Source of the DNA: an uncultured Campylobacter sp. | GTDB taxonomy: Bacteria; Campylobacterota; Campylobacteria; Campylobacterales; Campylobacteraceae | Reading direction: 5' to 3' | NCBI GenBank assembly: GCA_945928165.1 | Contig: CAMENE010000006.1 | Span: 5,384-69,383 of the forward strand | DNA length: 64,000 nt | Part shown: positions 9,216 to 18,797 of the stretch, piece by piece | Numbering within the stretch: position 1 is the first letter of the stretch | How the letters are laid out: the number at the start of each line of letters is the position of its first letter | Translations under genes and position numbers: made by a program | Notes under the pieces: model-generated | What the model was told of the DNA's origin: nothing | What the model saw: the letters and a program-made list of their open reading frames with translations, nothing else | Databases searched by the model: none

Positions 9216-10094
9216 TTGAATAAATTTAGTAAAAATATTAGCGTAGCGCATTCGCCTGATGCTGATGATATTTTTATGTATGCAGCTATTGCTTTTGGCT
9301 GGGCTAGTGATGAGAGATTAAAGCTTAGCGCAAAGACTGATGATATAGAAAGCCTTAATCTTTCGTGCTTAAAGGGCGTTTATGATGTTTGTGCGATAAG
9401 CTTTGGGCTTTATCCGCTTATTTTTAGCGACTATGCCCTGCTTGATACTGCTACTAGCTTTGGGCGTGGCTATGGACCAAAGCTAATTGTCAAAAAAAAC
9501 GCCGTTTTAAAGCGCAATTTCAAAGTCGCCCTTAGCGGCAAGCACACGAGTAATGCTCTGCTTTTTTCTATCGCTTATCCTGATGCAAGAGCTGTTTATA
9601 TGAACTTTTTAGAGATTGAAAAGGCAGTTTTATCAGGGCAGGTTGATGCTGGCGTGCTAATTCATGAAAGCATTTTGGACTTTAGCGATGAGCTTAGGGT
9701 GGAGCGTGAGCTTTGGGATATTTGGTGCGAGCTTGCTGGCAGTAGTGAGCTACCACTGCCACTTGGTGGCATGGTTATTCGCAGAAGCCTGCCTTTAAAT
9801 GACGCAATAGCCACGCAAAACCTGCTTAAAAAAGCTGTTATTTTAGCAAGAGCGCACAAAAACACTCTAAGTGCTATGCTACTTGAAAGAGGCGTTTTAA
9901 GAGTAGATGATAAAAACCTAGCAAAATACTTAGAACTCTACGCAAATGATGAGAGTATAGAGCTTAGCGGGGTTCAGCTAGAAGCTCTTGATAAGTTTTT
10001 TGAGCTAGGATATACTCACGGCTTTTATAGCCAAAAGATAAAAACTAGCGATTATCTCGTGCCTAGCGAGTATTTGGATATAAGGAATTCTTGA
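9216..10094 (+). CDS. MqnA/MqnD-family (futalosine-pathway menaquinone biosynthesis-like) protein
   Basis: 292 aa with N-terminal ISVAHSPDADDIFMY, typical of the VitK2-biosynthesis periplasmic-binding-like fold. Position between recA and fliQ as in C. jejuni. Confidence 0.65.
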   Translation: MNKFSKNISVAHSPDADDIFMYAAIAFGWASDERLKLSAKTDDIESLNLSCLKGVYDVCAISFGLYPLIFSDYALLDTATSFGRGYGPKLIVKKNAVLKRNFKVALSGKHTSNALLFSIAYPDARAVYMNFLEIEKAVLSGQVDAGVLIHESILDFSDELRVERELWDIWCELAGSSELPLPLGGMVIRRSLPLNDAIATQNLLKKAVILARAHKNTLSAMLLERGVLRVDDKNLAKYLELYANDESIELSGVQLEALDKFFELGYTHGFYSQKIKTSDYLVPSEYLDIRNS

Positions 10095-10360
10095 TGCAAA
10101 ATGATTTAGTAGGACTTGGGGTTGAGACTTTTAAGATTGCTTTAATGCTAGCTTTGCCTATGCTTTTAGCCGGACTTGTGGCTGGACTTATTATTAGTAT
10201 TTTTCAAGCCACCACGCAGATAAATGAAATGACACTAAGTTTCGTGCCAAAAATCTTGCTTGTTGTTGTTATTCTTATTTTTCTCATGCCTTGGATGATG
10301 AATGAAATGATGGATTTTACTCGTGGCGTGCTAAATAGAATTCCCACCTTTATCCAGTGA
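10091..10360 (+). CDS. fliQ: Flagellar biosynthesis protein FliQ
   Basis: 89 aa, two TM helices; ATTQINEMTLSFVPKI matches the FliQ signature. Confidence 0.9.
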   Translation: MMQNDLVGLGVETFKIALMLALPMLLAGLVAGLIISIFQATTQINEMTLSFVPKILLVVVILIFLMPWMMNEMMDFTRGVLNRIPTFIQ

Positions 10361-11124
10361 TGAGAGTAGATTTTAGCAAGTTTAGCTCTGTAAAAATCGG
10401 CGCAGAGCTTGAAGTAGCAGAGCTTGATGAAGTTTGCGACTTTGATGGTTTTATCATCGGCAATGCTTGTAACTTGCTAGTTGGCGCCCCAAAACAAGCC
10501 CTAGCAATGCTAACAGGCAAGTTTGATTATATAAAGCTAGAAAAGGACATTTTGCGCATAGGTGCAAAAACAAGCGCAAGAGATATTTTTGCCTTTGCTA
10601 AAAAGCATGATTTAAAGGGCTTTGAGCTTTGTGCCTCAGTGCCTGGCAGCCTTGGTGGATTAATCAAAATGAACGCAGGACTAAAAGGATACTGGGTTAG
10701 CGATACCTTGCTTGAGGTACGAACTAGCTCTGCTACTCTTAGCAAAGATGAGTGCGGTTTTGCTTACCGAAAAAGTGATATAAAAGGCGTGATTTTTGAG
10801 GCTGTTTTTAGAGCGGTTAAGGGCTTTGATGAGGGGCTTTTGGCTGATTTTAACGAGGCTAGAAAATCTCAGCCAAAAGGTGCTAGTTTTGGCTCAATTT
10901 TTAAAAATCCGCCAAACGATAGTGCTGGCAGGCTAATAGAGGCTGTGGGCTTAAAAGGGTATAAAACCAGTAATTGCGAGCTATCAGCTAAGCATGCTAA
11001 TTTTCTTATAAATCACGGCAAAGGCAGTTTTAATGAGGCTTTTTGGCTAATAAATCTAGCCAAAAGCAAGGTAAAAGAAAGCTTTGGTATAGAGCTAGAA
11101 ACTGAGGTTGTAATCTTAAACTAG
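10357..11124 (+). CDS. murB: UDP-N-acetylenolpyruvoylglucosamine reductase
   Basis: 255 aa short-form MurB. GSLGGLIKMNAG, FGSIFKNP and SAKHANFLIN motifs. Confidence 0.9.
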   Translation: MMRVDFSKFSSVKIGAELEVAELDEVCDFDGFIIGNACNLLVGAPKQALAMLTGKFDYIKLEKDILRIGAKTSARDIFAFAKKHDLKGFELCASVPGSLGGLIKMNAGLKGYWVSDTLLEVRTSSATLSKDECGFAYRKSDIKGVIFEAVFRAVKGFDEGLLADFNEARKSQPKGASFGSIFKNPPNDSAGRLIEAVGLKGYKTSNCELSAKHANFLINHGKGSFNEAFWLINLAKSKVKESFGIELETEVVILN

Positions 11125-11200
11125 AATTCTAGAATTCCTATCAATAAAAAACTAGAATTCTAGAATTCCTAAGATAAAATTCCTAGGAATTCTAGTTTTG
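11125..11200. repeat. Palindrome cluster (GAATTCTAGAATTCC x3 with nested inverted repeat)
   Basis: Direct reading. Confidence 0.9.
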
Positions 11201-11263
11201 AATTCTAGTTTTTATGCTAGCATCAGCAAAAATCAGGATAAAAAATTTTTTAAAGAGAAAAAA

Positions 11264-12831
11264 ATGACAACAGAAGAAATTTTACAAATCGGCAAAGTAG
11301 AGAGGGATATTGAAAATATCGCTATCATAGAACGCTTTAAAGAACAAATTAGCTCTTGGCTTAAAAGCGATAAATTCCAGCAAATCGCAGTGGGGGGGGC
11401 AGCAGCACCTATGCAGCTTTGCCCTATCCGCCACTATTAGACCCATATAGCATAAACTACGAAACCAGCGATATTAAGCTTTGCTGGTGCTTAAACCTAC
11501 CTTTGCCACCTTTTTATGACTTTATGATTTTTGGCTCACATGCTGTGAGCTTGCACTCTGGCGTGCCTGCGTTTTTAAAGCTGTGTAATTGCGGTGCAGT
11601 AGGCAGGCAGGGCGAAAAAGAGAGTTTTCGCATATACGAGCAGTTTTTCACTCAGCTAAAAGCGCAAAACGCCCTAAAAACCGCAGGCAAAATCAAAAAA
11701 ATCGCCCTTATAGTAAGCGACCTGGCACTTGATAGCCAAAACGACAAGCTCTATAGCCTAATGCCTGCTAAACACGCTATAAATATCGTGCGAGACCCTA
11801 TTAGCAATATTAAAGGACTTTGTAATCTAGCCTTACAGCGTGGCGCGAATGATGAATGTGATTTTAGCCAGCTTGATACTAGCGATGAGAGTATAGCAAG
11901 GATTAAGCGCGCAGCCACAAAACAGCTGTGCTTTAGCCTAAATGACGAGCCTAGCAAAACTTTAAGCGAGCTTTTTTGGTATGTAAGCGGTTATGATGGA
12001 GAGCAAGCAAGGCATGAACTAGCTCCAACCCCAGCAGGGGTAGAGTATTGGATGAGAGAGATTTATCAGGCTTTTCACGATGGAATACTAGCTAGAATGC
12101 TTGTAAGGCTTAGTGAAATTTATACCTTAGAGACCAAAGACTTTTTGGGGCAAAATGCGCTTGCTACCATGAGAACTCTTGCGGCAAAATTTGGCTTTGA
12201 TGAGCCAAAAAGCGAGCAAGAGTGGCTCTTTAAAGAGCGAGTTAGCGACTACAAATACTTCTTACCAGCACCTATAATGCTAAATCCCTCTGCGCTAAAA
12301 GCAGTAGATGGCAAGGCAGTAATAACTGATGAAAAAGATATAATGGTGCTTTGGCTCACATCGGTTTTTAAAAGCAATGATAACCGCAAAGATATAACAA
12401 AGCATTTTGATTTGCCTGAGTTTTTTAGAGTGGAGACTGACCCAGCCACAGCCTACAAGCTACTTACTAGTCACATGGCAAGCAAAGTAAAACTATATAT
12501 CAAAGACCTAACTGCTGCTATCATAGAACAAAGCAAAAAAGAGCGTGCTAAATTTGTCAGCGAGGCTGATGTTTTAGAGTATTTTAGGGGGCATGAGGAC
12601 AGCGCTGAGATGTTTGATGGACTGCTATTTCAGCATTTGCGCCGCCTAAGAGAAAGTGAGCCAAAAGTGCTAGAAAGCTTTGGCTTTTATAAAGATTTTT
12701 GCCAAATTCTAGCAGAACAAAGGCAAAAAAGAGGTGATGATGGCAGCAGGTATCGTCTAGTAAGAAAAAATGATGATAAGAGCTATGCCTTTGCTAAGTT
12801 TAGTAAAGAACAGCTAGAAAAGATGAAGTAG
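11264..12831 (+). pseudogene. Poly-G contingency gene, phase-OFF allele (Campylobacter-type hypothetical transferase-like protein)
   Basis: Track ORFs 11198..11440 and 11419..12831 lie in different frames and are joined by the G8 tract. G9 would give ..QIAVGGGSSTYAALPYPPLLDPYSINYE.. as one ~520-aa product. Start assumed at ATG 11264. Confidence 0.7.
11392..11399 (+). repeat. Homopolymeric G8 tract
   Basis: tggggggggc read directly. Confidence 0.95.
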
Positions 12832-12850
12832 ATTTTGCTGGCTTTCTCTT

Positions 12851-13140
12851 GAGAATTTTAGTTTTTCTGGGGGTTAGGGGGTGTCTTTAGCTTGGGAATT
12901 CTAGATTTTTAGCGGGGTTTTAGGGGCGGCAGCCCCTAAGGGTTTAGGGCGTAGCCCCTATAAAACTAGCGAGCTGGGCTAGATTTATCTAGCTGGGAAG
13001 CGAGCTAAAAAAGAATTCTAAAATTCCCAAGCACCGAGATCCCCCAGTCAAGCTGGGGGATGACACAGAACACGCAAGACGAGCAAACCTTGTGTCATTG
13101 TCCAGCCCCTTCGGACAATCTCTATAAAAAATAGCAAAAC
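12851..13140. repeat. Composite intergenic repeat block
   Basis: G5TTAG5 module at 12869..12881, three-hairpin module at 12911..13012, GTCAT-hairpin units at 13036..13064 (reverse) and ~13091..13120. Confidence 0.9.
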
Positions 13141-13161
13141 AAAGATTAAAGTAATACCAAG

Positions 13162-13437
13162 ATGTCAACGATTAGTTTTAACAAAGCTTTTGAAAAAATG
13201 ATGCAAGACCCTGAGTTTAAAAAAGAATACGAGGCACTAGAACCTGAGTTTGCACTCAAAAAACAGCTCATAGAAGCTAGAATAAAAAGCAAGCTAACCC
13301 AAGAGCAAATCGCTACTAAAATGAATATGAAACAAGCAAATTTAGCTAGATTTGAAAAGAGCTTAGATGCTAGGTTTAGCACCATTATCAAATACGCAAG
13401 AGCACTTGGGCTAAAAGAACTAAAAATCGCTCTATAA
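13162..13437 (+). CDS. XRE-family helix-turn-helix protein (antitoxin-like)
   Basis: 91 aa. LTQEQIATKMNMKQANLARFEK HTH core preceded by a DPEFKKEYEALEPEF leader, the layout common in HigA/RelE-partner antitoxins. No toxin ORF is adjacent. Confidence 0.7.
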   Translation: MSTISFNKAFEKMMQDPEFKKEYEALEPEFALKKQLIEARIKSKLTQEQIATKMNMKQANLARFEKSLDARFSTIIKYARALGLKELKIAL

Positions 13438-13457
13438 AAAGACAAAAAAGGACAAAT

Positions 13458-14225
13458 ATGACCGAAATTCTTCGCCAAAATGGACTAAATATACACGGCA
13501 GCTGTTCTATAGATAACTTTTATTTTGAAAAGCCTTTTGATCTTTGGGGCGGCAGCGAGCTTATGGGCGTCATAGGGGGAGGGTATACCTCGATAAATGG
13601 TAAAAGCCGCCTAGAAAAAGTCAAAATCGGTCGCTACTGCTGCGTGGCGCATAATGTCATGCTAGGCGTGGCAAGTCACGACAAAAACAGCGTTATGATG
13701 GCGTATTTAGAAAACTTCGATGGCTTTAGCCAAAAAGGACTTGATGAAAGCCTAAAAAGTCCGTGGCGCAAGCCAGATATCACCACACAAACTACAAATA
13801 TCGGTCATGGTGTGTGGATAGGTGCTAGGGTTTGCGCGCTTAGTAGCAAGGAGCTTTTTATCGGCAATGGCGCGATAATCGGCAGCTGTGCGGTCATCAC
13901 AAAAGACATCCCAGCCTACGCTATAGCAGTAGGCAATCCAGCAAGGGTGATAAAAATGCGCTTCAAGGATGAAATATGCGCTGATTTAGATGCTAGTAAG
14001 TGGTGGGAGTATGACTGGATGGAGGCAGCCAAGGCTAAAAGAGAGTTAGCTAGCATCGCACCGCTAAATGACGCAAAAGCCTTTTGTGCGTGGTGGAGTG
14101 ATGGTGGCAGAGAGCTTTTAGCCCCTTTTAAACTAGATGGAAAAATCTCACTTATCACAAAAGAAAACGGCGAAATGGTGCTTAAAAAACTTACAAATAC
14201 CTTTGATGAACTAGGTTTTGATTAA
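13458..14225 (+). CDS. Xenobiotic (hexapeptide-repeat, Vat/CatB-like) O-acetyltransferase
   Basis: IGRYCCVAHNVMLGVASHD and IGHGVWIGARVCAL..IGNGAIIGSCAVITKDIPAYAIAVGNPARVIKMRF left-handed beta-helix repeats, plus a C-terminal KWWEYDW segment. Confidence 0.8.
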   Translation: MTEILRQNGLNIHGSCSIDNFYFEKPFDLWGGSELMGVIGGGYTSINGKSRLEKVKIGRYCCVAHNVMLGVASHDKNSVMMAYLENFDGFSQKGLDESLKSPWRKPDITTQTTNIGHGVWIGARVCALSSKELFIGNGAIIGSCAVITKDIPAYAIAVGNPARVIKMRFKDEICADLDASKWWEYDWMEAAKAKRELASIAPLNDAKAFCAWWSDGGRELLAPFKLDGKISLITKENGEMVLKKLTNTFDELGFD

Positions 14226-14488
14226 GGAATTCTAGATTTTTGGGGGTTAGGGGTTTTTTTAGAGAATTCTAGAATTCCCTAGCGTTTTTATTTTTAGGAA
14301 TTCTCTTTGGGAATTCTAGATAAGCGGGGTTTTAGGGGCGGCAGCCCCTAAGGGTTACAGGGCGTAGCCCTATAAAATTTGCGAGCGGTGGGTTATCCCA
14401 CCAAAGCGAGCAAAACAAAACAGGGAATTCTAGAATTCCTAAAATACCCCCATAACCCCCAAAAAATATTAAGAATTCTAGAATTCCA
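14226..14488. repeat. MITE-like composite: inverted G5TTAG4 / C5ATAAC5 modules and palindromes flanking a three-hairpin module
   Basis: GGAATTCTAGATTTTTGGGGGTTAGGGG (14226..14253) is mirrored by CCCCCATAACCCCC..GAATTCTAGAATTCC (14447..14486). Module at 14323..14415 lies between them. Confidence 0.85.
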
Positions 14489-14765
14489 CTTAATTTAATA
14501 AAAGCAAATAATGGCGCAAGTCCAAAAGGCTCTAAAATTTATCATAAAGCTAGTTAAATAAGCAAAAATTGCAAATTAATATAAATAGATACTTCTTATC
14601 AATTTTGAAAATAATATAAACTTTATTAAAAAATATTTATAGAAAGCTTTTATCCAAAAGATTTTAATTTATTGTAAATTTTGAAAACAATTATTAGAAT
14701 TTATCATAATTTAATAAATACTTGGTTACAATTTCGCTTTTAAAAAAAATTTTTAGGAGGAAAAA

Positions 14766-16883
14766 ATGAAAAATTTTTCTAAGCTAATGTACGGTGGATT
14801 GAGTATGGCTGCCCTACTAGCCCTTAATCTAAATGCTGCTTCAAACGAAGAAGTTAATCTAGATGAGATCATCATCTCAGCTTCTGGCTTTGAACAAGCT
14901 ATCAAAGAAGCTCCAGCTACTATAAATGTAGTGACACAAAAAGATCTTCAAAGCAAACCATACAGAGATATAGCAGAAGCTATAAGCGATGTGCCAGGTG
15001 TAGACCTTCACGCATCTAAGGGCAAAACCGGTGCTTATAATATAACAATGCGTGGTATCACTGGCTATACTCTAATCCTAGTAGATGGCAGACGCCAAGG
15101 CGTGGGTGGAGAAATAGGTCCAAATGGTTTTGGCGAAACTACAAATGCAATGCTTCCACCACTTTCAAGCATTGAAAGAATAGAAGTTATCAAAGGTCCT
15201 ATGAGCACACTTTATGGCTCAGAAGCCCTAGGTGGTGTGATAAATATCATCACTAAAAAAGTAAGCGATAAATGGAGCTATAATGTTAGCTTAGATGCTT
15301 TATTGCAAGAAGATAGCCAGTGGGGAAATACCTATGGTCAAAGCATATTTATAAATGGTCCATTGATTGATAATAAGCTAGGACTTAACCTAAGACTTAA
15401 AAACTCATATAGACAAAACTCAAATGTAAATTATACCACCCCAGATGGTAAAAAAGTAGATGCTTCAATGGCACAAAGCCCTACAAAGGCAAATAACTAT
15501 AATATAGGTGCTAAGTTTAGTTATATTATAAATGATGCAAATAGCCTTATTTATGATTTTGATTTTTCTAGAAATCACTATGATAACTCAAGAGGTCAAC
15601 TTGGCACCCTTACTAGAAAAAATAGTAATGGCTCACTAACTGGTGGTTATGAAAACAGAATGACAATAGATAAGTTTTCTACCTATTTAACACACGAGGG
15701 TAGATACGATCTATTTAATCTAACTTCATCATTACAATACAACAGAATTACAAATAACGGAAGACAAGTAGTAGGACAAGCTACTCAGCCACATCTAGGC
15801 GAAAATAGAGATATAACAGCAGAAGATTTTATCTTTGATACTAAGGCTATTTTTGAGCTAGGCAGTAGAAATGTAATCACAGCAGGTGCTGAATACCGCC
15901 TAGAAAAAATGCATGATAAAATAGCAAATCCTACAAGCTTTGATCAATACATCATGGCACTATACGCAGAAGATGAAATCAGCCTAAGAGATAATTTAAA
16001 GCTAACTCTAGGAGCTCGCTATAACTACCATGAGATCTTTGGAAGTAACTTCTCTCCAAGAGCCTATTTAGTATTTTTACCAACTGATGAGTGGGTGATC
16101 AAAGGTGGTGTATCAACCGGCTTTAAAGCCCCTTATGCTAATAGACTAATAGCAGGTGAGTACAACTATGGGGGTCAAGGCAGACTTCCAATCTTTGGAA
16201 ATCCAAATCTAAAAGAAGAAACATCTATAAACTACGAGCTAGGCACAAACTGGGATAATGGTATAATTAATACTGGTCTTACAGGCTTTTATACAGTATT
16301 CAAGGATAAATTAGCTTCAAGAAGATATACCAATGGACAACAAATGGCAGGTGTAGTTTGCAACTCATCTGCTGGATGCTCACAAGCTATAAATCTAGGA
16401 AAAGTAGAATACAAAGGTCTAGAAGCTAGTCTAGGGCTAAAGCCTATTGAAAACCTAGATTTCAAACTAAGCTATACCTACCTTGATACAAAAGTAAAAG
16501 AAAGCACATTAGCAAGTGAAATAGGCAAACCAGTCGCTAATAGCCTAAAACACTCTCTAAGCGCAAAAGCTTCATATAAATATCAAAACTTCACTCCTTG
16601 GATCAAAGGTGAGTTTCAAAAAGATAGATATATGGGCAATACAAATATAAATAAAGAATATTATAAAGATGTATTCCTAGCATCTCTTGGTGTTCGCTAT
16701 GATATAAACAAAAACTGGAATATCAATGTAAGCGTAGAAAATCTCTTTGATAAAGATTTTACAGACAGCTTTGAATCATATCAAGCAACAAGCAGAGGTG
16801 TTACTACCACCACTTGGGTAAATACCTACAACAGAATAGAAGAAGGCAGAAGATACTATCTACAAGTAAATGGTAGCTTTTAA
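14766..16883 (+). CDS. TonB-dependent outer-membrane receptor
   Basis: 705 aa. Signal peptide, plug-domain motifs (IERIEVIKGPMSTLYGSEALGGVINIITKK), and a C-terminal beta-barrel ending in ..YYLQVNGSF. Confidence 0.9.
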   Translation: MKNFSKLMYGGLSMAALLALNLNAASNEEVNLDEIIISASGFEQAIKEAPATINVVTQKDLQSKPYRDIAEAISDVPGVDLHASKGKTGAYNITMRGITGYTLILVDGRRQGVGGEIGPNGFGETTNAMLPPLSSIERIEVIKGPMSTLYGSEALGGVINIITKKVSDKWSYNVSLDALLQEDSQWGNTYGQSIFINGPLIDNKLGLNLRLKNSYRQNSNVNYTTPDGKKVDASMAQSPTKANNYNIGAKFSYIINDANSLIYDFDFSRNHYDNSRGQLGTLTRKNSNGSLTGGYENRMTIDKFSTYLTHEGRYDLFNLTSSLQYNRITNNGRQVVGQATQPHLGENRDITAEDFIFDTKAIFELGSRNVITAGAEYRLEKMHDKIANPTSFDQYIMALYAEDEISLRDNLKLTLGARYNYHEIFGSNFSPRAYLVFLPTDEWVIKGGVSTGFKAPYANRLIAGEYNYGGQGRLPIFGNPNLKEETSINYELGTNWDNGIINTGLTGFYTVFKDKLASRRYTNGQQMAGVVCNSSAGCSQAINLGKVEYKGLEASLGLKPIENLDFKLSYTYLDTKVKESTLASEIGKPVANSLKHSLSAKASYKYQNFTPWIKGEFQKDRYMGNTNINKEYYKDVFLASLGVRYDINKNWNINVSVENLFDKDFTDSFESYQATSRGVTTTTWVNTYNRIEEGRRYYLQVNGSF

Positions 16884-16923
16884 TTAGCACTGCTAAACTT
16901 TTTAATTTTTTCCCTTGTTTTTT

Positions 16924-16953
16924 AGCCTAGTTTTTATAAACTAGGCTTTTTTT
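16924..16953 (+). terminator. Rho-independent terminator of the TonB-dependent receptor gene
   Basis: AGCCTAGTTT-ttat-AAACTAGGCT followed by TTTTTT. Confidence 0.75.
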
Positions 16954-16956
16954 ATT

Positions 16957-17123
16957 TTAGGAATTCTAGAATTCCCTGCGCTGTTTTGGAAATTCTAAAT
17001 AAAGCGGGGTTTTAGGGGCGGCAGCCCCTAAGCTCGTGCCACGCACGAAATAACTCTTTGAGAGCGGGCGGGATTTTATCCCGCCCAAAGCGAGCAAAAA
17101 TAAATTAAGGAATTCTAGAATTC
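16957..17123. repeat. Composite intergenic repeat block
   Basis: Palindromes flank three-hairpin module 17003..17100, the copy in which stems 2 and 3 are replaced. Confidence 0.9.
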
Positions 17124-18479
17124 CTAGCTCTTTTTTAGAGCGTATTTTGTCCAATCAACACGGTAAAAAACATAAAGCATAAGTGCTGTTTGGATAACCT
17201 GAGAGATAAGCATAGCTACAAAAACCCCACTCGCCTCTCCCCATACAAAATGCCCTAATGCATAAGCTAACGGTATGCGAATAACCCAAAAGCTAAGCCC
17301 AAAAATAAGTAGGTTAAAATGCGCCGCAGACGCCCCTATCATCACCCCAGCAAAAATAGTAGAAATGATAGAAAATGGCGTGCTTAAAAAGTTGTATTTA
17401 AGATACTCTGCGATATAAAACTGCACCATGGCATCATCACTCATAAAAGCAGCCAAATCGCTCATAAACCACCACAAAATCCCTGCTACCACGCTCATCA
17501 CAGCCGCCCCACTAAATGCCAAAATAGCAGCAATGCGCCTAGCCTCAGCTACTCTTTTTGCACCTAAGCAGTTGCCAACGACCACGCTAGCGCTTATGTG
17601 TAATGCCACGCCTGCCATAAATATAAAGCTCTCTACCCTATGCCCTGATGCAAGTCCGCCCAAAGCCTCCTTTGAGTGCAGTGGCAAAAAGCCCACAATA
17701 GCATAAAGAGTAACATAACCAGCTTGCCAAACTATGCTAGTTGCCCCTGAGTGAAGTGCTGTTTTTAGCAGTTTTGGCATAGCAAGCCGTAGCCAAGCAA
17801 AAGGCAAAAAAGAAGCACTTATATGCTTTTTTGCTATTAGCGCAAAAGCACCTAACAAGGCTGCTAAGCCTTGAGCGATAAGATTTGAGTAAGCTAAACC
17901 CATATACTCACGCCCCATAAAAAACTCAGAAAAACTAAGCTTAAATATAAAAAACAAATAAAAAGCACAAACAATAATAGTAATGATAAGTGGTAAAATC
18001 ACCTCTCTAAACGAGCGAAATACCGCCATAGCTGAGTTAAACAAAAAGCTACAAGGCAGGCTAAAAAGTAGCAGCACCCACAGCTCGTTTGCTATACCTA
18101 GCGCAGCGCCTTTTAGCCCCAAAAGCGTAAAAATCTGCTCAGAGAAAATATAAGCTAGCGCGGCCACTGCCACGCTAAAAAAAGCGTTTAAAAGCAAGAT
18201 AATAAAGACATAAAACTTAGCTCTTTGAAGCTTATTAGCACCTATGGACTGGCTGATGACTGCGGTAGTTCCTGAGTTTAAGGCTATATTGATAACGCTT
18301 AACAAAAATAGCATTTGCATGCTTACTCCAAATGCAGCTGATACATCAGCACTCATCTTGCCAGCTGCCCAAATAGGTGCTACATTCATCACGCAGATAA
18401 AATACATCATCAGCACTTGCGGCCACAGCAGCGCAAAAATCGCTTTAAATGAAGTTGAAATATCTGGATTCTTACTCAT
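17124..18479 (-). CDS. MATE-family efflux transporter
   Basis: 451 aa, 12 TM helices, with an internal duplication typical of MATE (LLWPQVLMM.., ..GNCLGAKR..). Confidence 0.88.
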   Translation of the reverse strand: MSKNPDISTSFKAIFALLWPQVLMMYFICVMNVAPIWAAGKMSADVSAAFGVSMQMLFLLSVINIALNSGTTAVISQSIGANKLQRAKFYVFIILLLNAFFSVAVAALAYIFSEQIFTLLGLKGAALGIANELWVLLLFSLPCSFLFNSAMAVFRSFREVILPLIITIIVCAFYLFFIFKLSFSEFFMGREYMGLAYSNLIAQGLAALLGAFALIAKKHISASFLPFAWLRLAMPKLLKTALHSGATSIVWQAGYVTLYAIVGFLPLHSKEALGGLASGHRVESFIFMAGVALHISASVVVGNCLGAKRVAEARRIAAILAFSGAAVMSVVAGILWWFMSDLAAFMSDDAMVQFYIAEYLKYNFLSTPFSIISTIFAGVMIGASAAHFNLLIFGLSFWVIRIPLAYALGHFVWGEASGVFVAMLISQVIQTALMLYVFYRVDWTKYALKKS

Positions 18480-18567
18480 TTGCTTTCTTTTATTTTTAGG
18501 GAATTCTAGAATTCCCTAGCTAAACTTGTTTAAAGTCTTGGTAGCTGTTGTAAAAACAAGGCTCTAA

Positions 18568-18777
18568 GATTGCGAGGCGATTTTTACGAATTCTTGCGTA
18601 GGACTAGCCGTGGGGCTGTGTCCACGGTAGTGGCTGGCGAAATTCTGCGGTAGAATTTCAAGCAAGCCGTCCAAGTCGCTAAAACAAATCGGCGGCTTGC
18701 GCAGGAAACTGCCGCAGAAGTTTCGCCAGAACAAGCTGGGCTGTCCAAGCAAGAATTCGTAAAAAGCGTCCGCAAGC
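18568..18777. repeat. Long imperfect palindrome / MITE-like element with 17-bp perfect terminal inverted repeats
   Basis: TTTTTACGAATTCTTGC (18581..18597) is the reverse complement of 18749..18765. Further arm pairing GGCGAAA(C)TTCTGCGG. Side hairpin CCGTGG..CCACGG. GC-richer than its surroundings. Confidence 0.8.
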
Positions 18778-18797
18778 TGAGCCTAAATATTTAAGTT

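Noticed and set aside
12869..12881. TTAGGG-containing G-rich module as a telomere-like or G-quadruplex element.
   Set aside because: Each copy has only two G-runs, so an intramolecular quadruplex is not possible. The context is a bacterial chromosome with ordinary flanks. It is kept only as an orientation-biased repeat module.
14560..14765. Fur box upstream of the TonB-dependent receptor (e.g. ACAATTATTAGAATTTATCATAATT around 14687..14712).
   Set aside because: The match to the GATAATGATAATCATTATC consensus is only partial. It cannot be distinguished from the extremely AT-rich background without a position-weight scan or binding data.
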